DNA from: a virus
DNA length: 64,000 nucleotides
Strand: one strand, 5' to 3'
IMG/VR virus record: IMGVR_UViG_3300031841_003468
Span: 89,712-153,711 of that record
Both the position numbers and the translations under genes were made by a program. Of this stretch, positions 29,486 through 39,100 are shown piece by piece; the first letter of the stretch is position 1; the number at the start of each line of letters is the position of its first letter. The notes beneath the pieces are model-generated. The model saw only the letters and a list, made by a program, of their open reading frames with translations. It did not search any database and was not told where the DNA came from.

Positions 29486-29507
29486 GAAAAAATGGACTTA
29501 GGAAAGT

Positions 29508-32500
29508 ATGTCGTTTAACCTAACCGCACACCTACAGGTTCAGGCTCCTAATCTTAGACCTGTCATTACTCAAATGCGTCAGCAGCTAGCTAATGCAGGT
29601 AATGTACAAATTAATCCAGTTTCTCCTCAAACTGCAGCCAACGTCGCTCAGGTTGGTAAGCAAGCACAAGCCGCAGGAAAGCACCTAAAAAATGCTGCTC
29701 ATGCAGGCAGGGGCTTTGCCGGATCTTTAATGGAAAGTGTCAAGCGTGCTGCTGGTCTTAGTATTGCACTGGGTACAATTATTGCGTTGCAAAGAGCCAT
29801 TACAGACGGTTTTGCTGCAGCATTTAAGTTTGAAAGAGAACTAGCTAGATTACAACAGGTTACTGGCAAAACAAAGGCTCAGTTAGGTGGGTTAACCGAG
29901 GAAGTTCGTAGGCTAGCAAAAACCTTTGGTACATCTTCTGAAGAGTTACTAACGGTATCTAGAACATTAGCACAAGCAGGCTTCTCCGCTGAAACAACTA
30001 AAAGATTGCTAGACACATTAGCAAAGACTGATGTTGCAGCTACATTTGATAGCATTGAAGACTCTGCCGAAGGTATGATCGCATTACTAAATCAGTTTGG
30101 TAGAGATATTGTTGGTGCTGCACAAAAAGCAGATTTTGCAAGAAGTGTATTTGAAAAGATTAATGTTGTATCTAAAAGTTTTGCTGTTGAATCTGCCGAC
30201 TTAATTACAGTTATTAGACGTGCTGGTTCTGTATTCAAAGAAGCTGGTGGTAGTGTTGACGAACTATTAGCAGCCTTTACTTCTGTTCGTTCTGCTACCC
30301 GTGAATCTGCAGAAAGTATTGCAGTTGGTTTTAGAACCATTTTTACTCGTATCCAAAGAGTTGAAACTATTGATCAGCTTAGATCTCTTGGTATTGCCCT
30401 GCAGGATGCTGAAGGTAAGTTTATTGGGCCACTTCAGGCTGTTGAGAAACTTGCTCGTGCATTAGATACTCTTGACCCTAGAGACGCTAGATTTTCAGCT
30501 ATTGTTGAAGAGCTTGGTGGTTTCCGTCAGGTTTCTAAGGTTATTCCATTAATTAAAAACTATGCTGTTACACAAGAAGCATTAAACCTTCAGAAAAAAG
30601 CTGATGCTAGTTTGACTAAAGATGCAGCTTATGCGACTGCAACATATGCACAAAGAATGCAACAGTTAAAAGAGACCTTTCTAGATCTCATAAACAATAT
30701 GGTGGGAAGCAAGGGCTTTAAAGATATAGCAGATGACGTTTTAACGCTAGCTAAATCATTAGCATCAGTCATTGAAAGAATGGGTAAATTCTTGCCAATG
30801 CTTGCAGCATTAGGTACTGTTGGTGGTTTTAAATTATTAGGGGGTATGATTAAGGGCGGTAGAGGTTATGCCACTGGCGGTAAAGTACATGCTTTCAATA
30901 GTGGCGGTTTTGTGCCGGGCACTGGAAACACAGATAGTGTCAATGCTGTTTTGACTCCGGGCGAATATGTTCTTAGAAAAAGTGCTGTTAAAAACTTACA
31001 GGCCAACGGTGTTGACCTTAATTCTATGAATAGATACTCTGGTGGTGGTAGAGTAGGCTATGCTGTATTAGGTAAAAAAAATAAGGCAACATCATCTTCA
31101 TATAGTTTGGGAAATCAGCTTCCAACTGAAAGCGGAGCAAGAAAAAACATAGCCTCAGCCGCAGCTAAGAAAAAGGTTTCTGAGGCACAAGCAAATAAAG
31201 CTTGGCAAAGAGCTGTCCCTAAAACCATGAAAAACTTTAGTATTACCTTTGCTGGCCCCAAGGGTAGTCCTACTATGTCGGAAGATTTTACCGAAGCGGT
31301 AGAAAGTTCTTATCTTAATGCTATTAGTGCAGCGTCAAAGTCAGTTGGTGAACCATTTGGCTTAAAGGGCACAGATATTACAAAAGGCAATAGAGCAAGA
31401 GTACTAAAAGGTCTTAACGATGCTACTATTGGTAACTTGTTTGAACAGACTTTAACAAATCTTAGTGGTAATAGATATGATAAGAACCCTAATCCTCGTG
31501 CAGCTTATGACCTACCAAAAGGTCTTGGAAATGCAGGTAAATTATTCCCAGAGCTAAAAGCATTTACACCTGTTGAAGCTAAAGCTACAATGCAGGCTGC
31601 AGGTAAAAAGAATGACAGAATTAAAAAATGGGCCAACTATCTTGGTGAAAAAGTCTCTGCAAGAAAGATCGAAAGAGAAATTGACAGAGGAGCCAAGAAG
31701 AAATCGCAACAGGGCACACAGGTCGCAGCAGGTCGTAGTAAATTTACTACACATCAGGCTGGCACCTTTAAGATGCCGAAGATTACAACATCCTCAAGGG
31801 GCGGTCTGATCAGCAGGTTCTCTAGAGGTGGTCAAAACACAGATAGTGTACCCGCTAAAGTAATGCCGGGTGAGTTTATCATCAATAAGAAGTCTGCTTC
31901 TGCGATTGGCATGGCCAACCTAGAAAAGATGAACCAGTCTGGAAAACCTTTACACTTTGCTAAGGGTGGTGCGGTTCCGGGTGCTCAGATTAAGAGATAT
32001 TCCGGCGGTGGCGGCGTTGCAGGTAATTTCGGCACGTTAGCTCTTTTGGGGCTTCCTATAGCTATGTCGAGCATGACAAAAGCACTAGAAAAAGCAACTG
32101 AGGAAACCAAGGCATTTGTCAATGAGTTTATGGCATGGATTCCTATAATCGGTCTTGCTGCCTATATAACAAACAATCTTGTTGCCTCATTCACCGCACT
32201 AGATGCTGCTGCTAAAAAACGTGCCGCTGAGGAAGCTGGCGGCGGGATGATCGCCGGAGGTGCCATTGGAGGGGCTATTACGGGTGCTGTAACAGGTGGC
32301 TTTATTGCTGCTGCACACGAAGCTGCTCGTGCTGCCGAAAGATTTACCAAACTTAATAATGCTGCTGATGCGGCCTCTAAAGGTGTTAAGGCATTTACTG
32401 AAGCACTAAGAACTGGTTCAGAAAGAGCACCAAATAGAGAAAGATATATAAATCAGGTTCAAAGAGCCGCAGCAGCCAGAGCTAAAACAACAAGACAAGA

Positions 32501-35500
32501 GTATGTTGATGATAGAAGTTTTGGGGATATGGCATACCAAGTCGGTGGGGCCATTGTTGGTGCTATTGGTGGTGGTATTCAGGGTGCGGCAATGACTTCA
32601 GGTACTGGTGTTGGTGCTATTGGTGGTGCCACTGTTGGTGCTGGACTTGGTGCATATGGTGGATACACCGCTGCGAGTGCTGACATCCAAGAAGACAGAG
32701 CAAGTTATATTGATAGCATTGCTGGAGTAGATGGGCTAAGGTCTGATCTAGATTCAGCCGAAGCAGTTATAGCTAACAATATACGTCTTGCTGCTGCGGC
32801 AGAAGCATTCGGTGCAGCATTGTTTGACACAACAAAAGCACTTCAAAAATATGATGAAGTCCAAGAAAATAGAACAAGACAAGAAAAAGAGCTTGGCGGC
32901 ACAGGGTTCACTAATGAACAAAAACTAAGTCAAGCCCAGTCAGACTTTGATAGCCTACAGCAAGCAAGACAAGGTAATAAAGCTGAAGTTGCTAGAGCAC
33001 AACAAAGACTAGAACAAACACGTCTAGAAATGTATAGGCAAGCTGACTTACTAGATGAAGATGGAAATCTCGCTGCTAATGCTAGTGATAAAGATCTAGA
33101 TGAAGGAGCACAGGCTCAATTAAAAGAGCAGCAACAACTTCTGGATGACCTAAATTCCAACTACGATGCTTTAGATAAAAAACTTGCTGAAGCTAATATG
33201 AGAACACTTGAGTTTACTCAAGGGTTAGTGACAGAAGGTGTTAAGGCTGGTAAAGGCTTTAAAGAAATCTTCGATAGTAGCGACTATGAAGATGCACTAA
33301 AGAGATATGCACAACAGCTAAGAGACAGAGGCTTTGAAGAATCAGAAGTTCAGGCTTCCCTGCAAAGAGTAAGAAAAGGCCACCAAGAACAATACAAAGA
33401 GTCTGTTAAGCTAAGAAATGAATCACTAAAACGCATAGCTATAGAGAAAAAATTTAGAGCCACAGTAGATAGTTCTATTAGAGCACTAACTGGAATAGCT
33501 CAGGTTAATGTTATATTCAAAGAAATGGCCAACGCTGCAAAAGGTCTAGTTGGAGCACTTTCTGGAACTGGGTCGCTAATATCTGGAGGTGGTTTCTCAA
33601 AGGTATTATTAGATCAGTTTGGCAAATCTATTCAGACTGCTAATGTAGGCCAAATGTTACAAAACCTTCTCGGAAGAAGCTTCGGAGAAGGCGGTGCTTA
33701 CTACATGGCTGGTGAGTTTAATAAGATCAATACTGCGATGGCTAGATTGCCTCAGGCACTAGAAAGACTTAAGGTTGCAGCTAAAGGTATTACTGCAGAA
33801 GAATTTAAGGGCATGAAACCTCAAGAGATTGTTGATAAAATCTTGGGTGAAAGCGGTCTTACATCGGGTTCTATTGGTAAAGTATTATTTGATAGAATTA
33901 GAGAAACTATTAGTCAGGCTTATGTTGCTGGTGCCGATAGTCCAGACTTCTCAGCAGTACAAAATATGATTAAAGAGCTTGGTGAAAATGCCAAGAAGTT
34001 TATTAGTGAAGTTGTTAATCTTCAGCAGGGCTACACTCAAGCTCACGGTGCTGTTGTTCAAGCTATTTATAAGGCTGGCGATGCAGTCCGCAACGCAACA
34101 GCTCAGGTTTTCTCTAATATAATTAAGAATAGAGATAGATTAGATGCTGCAAGAGGAACTGATCGTGGTCTTGGCAATAGAGTAAGAGAAAGAAGCCAAG
34201 CCTTTGCAGGAACTTATGGTACTACTAACATTAATTCTATCGTTGCTCGTGGTGCTGCGGCTAGACGTGGTTTAGCAAGCAATTATGCTCAGGGTGTTGG
34301 TGCAGGTGCAACCTTTGACTTTGATACAATTAGAAAGCTAAATACAGAAAACGCTGCATATCAAGCTGAAATAAGAAAAACAAAACAAGCACTTAAAGAT
34401 TACAGCTCAGTATTAGATCAAAATGCAAACGATATTGTAAAATCTGTAGAAAAAGAAAAGGCTGCTAGAGCATCAATTCAATCTGCAATTAAAGACTTTA
34501 CTTTTGCAGACAATGAAGGTAGAAAACAAATCGCTCAGTCTTACACTGCATTAAATCAAGCATTAAGTGCTGGTAGCATTGAGGCTATTCCAGATTCAAT
34601 GCGTGGTGCAGTTGGTTCGTTATTAGATCAGTTCAAAGATGTACAGATCGCTGGCGGCTTAACTGGAGATCAAATTTCCAAAGGCTTCCAAGTTCAAACC
34701 CTAGATAGACTAATTAAGTCTCAGGGTGGAGCAGGTGTAACACACGATCAGATTAAACAGATCTACGAATCTACTACTAAAGAAGATCAGCTAATTAAGG
34801 GTCTTGAAAACCTCGCTAAAGAACAGCAGCGAGTTGACATGCTGAACCTAGAGTTTGAAAGACAGAATATTGATATTCTAAAGCAGACTCTAACTCAGCT
34901 AAATACTCAGTTCTTAGGAAGCTTAAATGCTATATTTAATAACTACTTTGGTGACAACGCTGGTGTAGCTGGCGGTGGCCCACAGTTTAACAATGCTGGT
35001 GGCAAGATCTTCTCCAGTATATTCCAGTCTCGTGGCAGTGACACTGTTCCTGCTATGTTGACTCCGGGCGAGTTTGTTATGAATACAAGGGCTGTAAAGA
35101 ACATCGGCCTTGGTACACTACAAGCCATGAATAATGGTACTCAGTACTTTAATGAAGGTGGTGCTGTTCAGGTTGCTGACGGTAAAGGTTCTGCACTTAG
35201 CATGGCACGTTACATTGGTAACAATCCTAAGTTAATGCGTAGGTTTGGATATAAAGGTAAAGATGACCTGAAGACTCTAAAGGAATCTAATAATGTTCTT
35301 GACATTCTACGTGCTGCAGATGATCCTATAAATGGCCCAATCGGAACATTATACAGATCATTAAACATCATGAAAAAGTTTAGTGACGCTGGACTATTTA
35401 AGACACTAAACGGTCGTGCTGTACAGTTTGACACAACATCTCCTAAATCATTATATAACAACTTCCTTAAGGAATGGGGAACAGTTGGTGGAAACTATAA

Positions 35501-36098
35501 TGCAATCGGCATTATTGGAAGCATATTACCACAGGCTTTATTAGCATTTGATGCTGTCTCTGGTGCTGTACAAGACTTTATGGCTGGTGGGCCGGGTGGC
35601 TATAATATGCGTCATGGCGATGAAAAATACATGAAAAAACTTAAGGCTCAATACAGAAATCGTGGTGGTATGATTAATCGTGCTGACACAGTTCCTGCGA
35701 TGCTGTCTAAGGGCGAATTTGTAATGAGCAAAAGTGCTGTTAACAAGCATGGTGGAAACTTCTTAAATGCCTTAAACAATGGCAAGGTTTCTGGCTTTTA
35801 TGACGGTGGAAACGTTGGTAGTGTTGCAAGAAGTGGCACTGGTGGATATAATAGTGGTGGAGGACTAGATGCATCTGGCTTAGCTAGAGAATTTGATAAT
35901 TTAGGCCAAAAACTACAGGGTGTAGCGGATGCACTTGATGGACTAACTATTAAGCACACTGTGACAATGGATGGTTCAATGACTATTGGTGGATTTGACA
36001 GCAAGACTATTGCCAAGGCAGTAAAGAATGAAGTTGAAGACCTAGTAGTTAAAGAAGTAAAAGAACGAATGGGCAAACGAGGCTTTAGGGCTGGGTAA
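29508..36098 (+). CDS. Tail tape measure protein with embedded repeat-bounded domains
   Basis: TP901-type tape measure core (FERELARLQQVTG...LAQAG...), hydrophobic and glycine-zipper segments, long coiled coil, four DxVPAxLxxGEFV-type cassettes. Confidence 0.92.
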   Translation: MSFNLTAHLQVQAPNLRPVITQMRQQLANAGNVQINPVSPQTAANVAQVGKQAQAAGKHLKNAAHAGRGFAGSLMESVKRAAGLSIALGTIIALQRAITDGFAAAFKFERELARLQQVTGKTKAQLGGLTEEVRRLAKTFGTSSEELLTVSRTLAQAGFSAETTKRLLDTLAKTDVAATFDSIEDSAEGMIALLNQFGRDIVGAAQKADFARSVFEKINVVSKSFAVESADLITVIRRAGSVFKEAGGSVDELLAAFTSVRSATRESAESIAVGFRTIFTRIQRVETIDQLRSLGIALQDAEGKFIGPLQAVEKLARALDTLDPRDARFSAIVEELGGFRQVSKVIPLIKNYAVTQEALNLQKKADASLTKDAAYATATYAQRMQQLKETFLDLINNMVGSKGFKDIADDVLTLAKSLASVIERMGKFLPMLAALGTVGGFKLLGGMIKGGRGYATGGKVHAFNSGGFVPGTGNTDSVNAVLTPGEYVLRKSAVKNLQANGVDLNSMNRYSGGGRVGYAVLGKKNKATSSSYSLGNQLPTESGARKNIASAAAKKKVSEAQANKAWQRAVPKTMKNFSITFAGPKGSPTMSEDFTEAVESSYLNAISAASKSVGEPFGLKGTDITKGNRARVLKGLNDATIGNLFEQTLTNLSGNRYDKNPNPRAAYDLPKGLGNAGKLFPELKAFTPVEAKATMQAAGKKNDRIKKWANYLGEKVSARKIEREIDRGAKKKSQQGTQVAAGRSKFTTHQAGTFKMPKITTSSRGGLISRFSRGGQNTDSVPAKVMPGEFIINKKSASAIGMANLEKMNQSGKPLHFAKGGAVPGAQIKRYSGGGGVAGNFGTLALLGLPIAMSSMTKALEKATEETKAFVNEFMAWIPIIGLAAYITNNLVASFTALDAAAKKRAAEEAGGGMIAGGAIGGAITGAVTGGFIAAAHEAARAAERFTKLNNAADAASKGVKAFTEALRTGSERAPNRERYINQVQRAAAARAKTTRQEYVDDRSFGDMAYQVGGAIVGAIGGGIQGAAMTSGTGVGAIGGATVGAGLGAYGGYTAASADIQEDRASYIDSIAGVDGLRSDLDSAEAVIANNIRLAAAAEAFGAALFDTTKALQKYDEVQENRTRQEKELGGTGFTNEQKLSQAQSDFDSLQQARQGNKAEVARAQQRLEQTRLEMYRQADLLDEDGNLAANASDKDLDEGAQAQLKEQQQLLDDLNSNYDALDKKLAEANMRTLEFTQGLVTEGVKAGKGFKEIFDSSDYEDALKRYAQQLRDRGFEESEVQASLQRVRKGHQEQYKESVKLRNESLKRIAIEKKFRATVDSSIRALTGIAQVNVIFKEMANAAKGLVGALSGTGSLISGGGFSKVLLDQFGKSIQTANVGQMLQNLLGRSFGEGGAYYMAGEFNKINTAMARLPQALERLKVAAKGITAEEFKGMKPQEIVDKILGESGLTSGSIGKVLFDRIRETISQAYVAGADSPDFSAVQNMIKELGENAKKFISEVVNLQQGYTQAHGAVVQAIYKAGDAVRNATAQVFSNIIKNRDRLDAARGTDRGLGNRVRERSQAFAGTYGTTNINSIVARGAAARRGLASNYAQGVGAGATFDFDTIRKLNTENAAYQAEIRKTKQALKDYSSVLDQNANDIVKSVEKEKAARASIQSAIKDFTFADNEGRKQIAQSYTALNQALSAGSIEAIPDSMRGAVGSLLDQFKDVQIAGGLTGDQISKGFQVQTLDRLIKSQGGAGVTHDQIKQIYESTTKEDQLIKGLENLAKEQQRVDMLNLEFERQNIDILKQTLTQLNTQFLGSLNAIFNNYFGDNAGVAGGGPQFNNAGGKIFSSIFQSRGSDTVPAMLTPGEFVMNTRAVKNIGLGTLQAMNNGTQYFNEGGAVQVADGKGSALSMARYIGNNPKLMRRFGYKGKDDLKTLKESNNVLDILRAADDPINGPIGTLYRSLNIMKKFSDAGLFKTLNGRAVQFDTTSPKSLYNNFLKEWGTVGGNYNAIGIIGSILPQALLAFDAVSGAVQDFMAGGPGGYNMRHGDEKYMKKLKAQYRNRGGMINRADTVPAMLSKGEFVMSKSAVNKHGGNFLNALNNGKVSGFYDGGNVGSVARSGTGGYNSGGGLDASGLAREFDNLGQKLQGVADALDGLTIKHTVTMDGSMTIGGFDSKTIAKAVKNEVEDLVVKEVKERMGKRGFRAG

Positions 36099-36129
36099 GA
36101 GAGTAAAAGAGTTTTTGGACTAAGGAAAT

Positions 36130-39100
36130 ATGGCAAACTCAAACGAAAATTTAACTTTGACAATCGGTGACTTAATCACTGATTCTAACCTTAATCTTGG
36201 CTTAAAAGCACAAGACGTTGGTATTTCGCATTTTACGAACTTCAACAAAATGCTTTCTGGTAAGCACGAGAATAAGCTTAGTGACTATCTGCATATTGTA
36301 GATAAAGCCCCAAATACTTATGCAGGTAATCCTGTACTTAATAACGACAATCTTCCTATGTCCTCAGTGGCAGTTGATGACCTGCTATTTATTGGTTCTC
36401 CTCACGCCTCCTCTATTGAATCATTTTCACAGACTAAAACAACCAATCTTTTCATCCCGTCTGTAGCTGCAGAAGTAACATATAATACTGATGGCGGCTC
36501 TGGTGCTGGCGGTGAAACCGTTACTGAAACTACTTACTGCTTTAACGGTGGGTTTTTAATTAATGATGTGCCAAACCCAACCCAGACTCAAAACACTTCA
36601 AATTCTAGAATTGGTGAAACTACCCTGTATTCACTGACTGGCATTAATGAATCTTATTACACTAGTCAGGCTACCAATGCTATTAGCCAAGAAGAGTTTG
36701 AAGAAAGTTTAGATCTCAATCATTCTTTTATTAAGGTTGGACTAAATGCTTCTACTACTGGTTTAGAATATAATTTATCTTTTGGTGGTTTTGTAGACTT
36801 TGCAGACTGGTGGACATATGTACCTAACTTTGATAATACAAAATGGTACATGATAAGAGTTCCAGAACTAGATCAAAATGGTTTTGCCTTAAATAAAACT
36901 AGGTATACAATAGGTCTAGGTATTAGTTTACATAATACTATTGAGGCTACAGTTGCTCACCCAACTACCGGACAACAGGTTCCAGTTTATTTTTGGAAGC
37001 CCGGCACAACTCTTGGTGCTCTCGCAACAGATCACTTTAGTCCAAATACTCATATTGCACTTGGTGTTCCGGGAGTCTTTGTAGATCCAACATCAACTAC
37101 TGCACAAGAGTTCAGCTCTACTTTACCTGTAGGAGCACAAACTTATACACAGGGCCATTCAAACGCATTTATGTCAACAGACTTTGATGCCACCATTGAA
37201 TTCTATAAATACAACCCTGTTTATGGTCACGGGAAAGTACATATTTTTAAGCGTAAAAATGGCGTAACATCCCCAAGAGCAGTTGCAACACAAGGCAATA
37301 AACTATTCAGCTCAAATCATAATCTATCTGATGGAGATATTATTAGAGTAGAGCAGGCTCTTTCTGCAGACGCAGACTCATTACAGCCCAGAGCATTCCT
37401 TAAGGATGAATATGAAGTAAAGGTAGATAATTCAGAAAGCTTTTGGCTTTACGACAAAGATACTTCTGAAATCGTAGACTTAAACATTAGAGAAGGTGAC
37501 ACTGTTATCTGGACTTGCACACAGGGTGCAAATGGTAGCTGGGAAGGTGCATACAAACATATTTATGAAATAAGCTCTCCTATGGGTAAAAACGGACATG
37601 GTTTTACTTGGGAAGATGCTAGCAGAACAGACAATAGCGGTTCCACTAATGACAAGCTCGTGTATGCCATTGAGCCTAACTCAACAAATCTACCTCCAAA
37701 AGATAAGACTATAAGTAAGTCCAATTCCTATTCTGATGACTTTGTTGGATATAGTAGTCAAAATGACCTTGAGTGGCTAAAGCACAGAAACTATCCTAAT
37801 GTTGGATGTACTAGTCTAGCATTCGCATCTTTTGTCAATGGGCCAACCAGCTTCCTTCCATACAAGGCTGACGTAGCCGCAGGTAACAGGTTTGGCTTTG
37901 CTATTGATGCAATCAGAATACCAAGAGAAGAGTTTGTTGGACTAGATAGTTTAATCACTACCAATGACTATGAAGGCGTACACAAGTATAGCACTAGCTA
38001 TCCCGGAGATAGAACAGGACAAAAAGGTCAGTTTTATGCCTTGACTGTTACAGAACCGGGAATGCATAAGCACTATGCTTATAATGAAAATCTAGCTGAT
38101 CTATCTATGGGCTCTAAGTCTGAAGATGGAAAACTAAAGTTAGTACCAGATGTTCAACCAAACGGTAAGCTTTATACCTTTATGGTTAGAGTAAAGGAAG
38201 ATGGCTCTGTAGAAATTAGCTACGGTGGAAGAAAAGAGGTTCCAACTCCCTATGCTCCTAGCTCATACAAAAATACCGCCGAAGGAAGTGATAGCTTTAT
38301 TCATGGTGTGGTTAATAATCTCTGGACTGGTCAACCTTCAGAGCTAGAAATAATCAAAACAAATCACAATGGAAGATTTAATCTTGGCCCTATTAACGGA
38401 GTATCTTCTTTAAATACATTAGTTCATGATCCTTACCATGATTCTTCTGGTACAGAAGTACAAATGAGTCTTGACTCACAAGAGTTTCCGTTTACTGGTG
38501 ACATTGACTTAACTGTCGAAGAAAATGAAGGAGATGCCTTCCCCGCCAAGACAGACCATAGTAGTGTTCTTTTAGATATTGATAGTTGGTACAGTGCCTC
38601 TGATCCTAATAGCTCAAATCAACTAGATCAAGAATTCCAAAACCAGCCAAATAACTGGTTTGAAAAATACTATGACATTAAATCCAACCTTATGTATCTA
38701 GACAACAGAATTACTAGAAGACATGTGGGATGTATCTCTATAGATGACTTAGTAAAACAGCAGGAAAGAATTGACAATAATGATAAGTCATATCTTGTTC
38801 CTAATATATGGAAAAAGTTTAGCGACGCTATTGATGACTACACTCCAGAATATTATAGTGGAAACCCAAACCTAGTTCAAGACTTTGATAGTAATCAGTT
38901 TGGTGGAGTTACATATAATGGTAAGTTCTGGAAAGACTTCAAAAGAGTTGTTAAAACTTGTGATATGTACTGGTTTGAGGCTTCACAAACACAGCTTCTA
39001 GATATTAACAACTATCATGCCACATCAGACTATATAACAAATAAAAGACCTTTAGATAGCCAGTTCTTATTTACAGAAAACGCTTTTACTTCTGTAAAGA

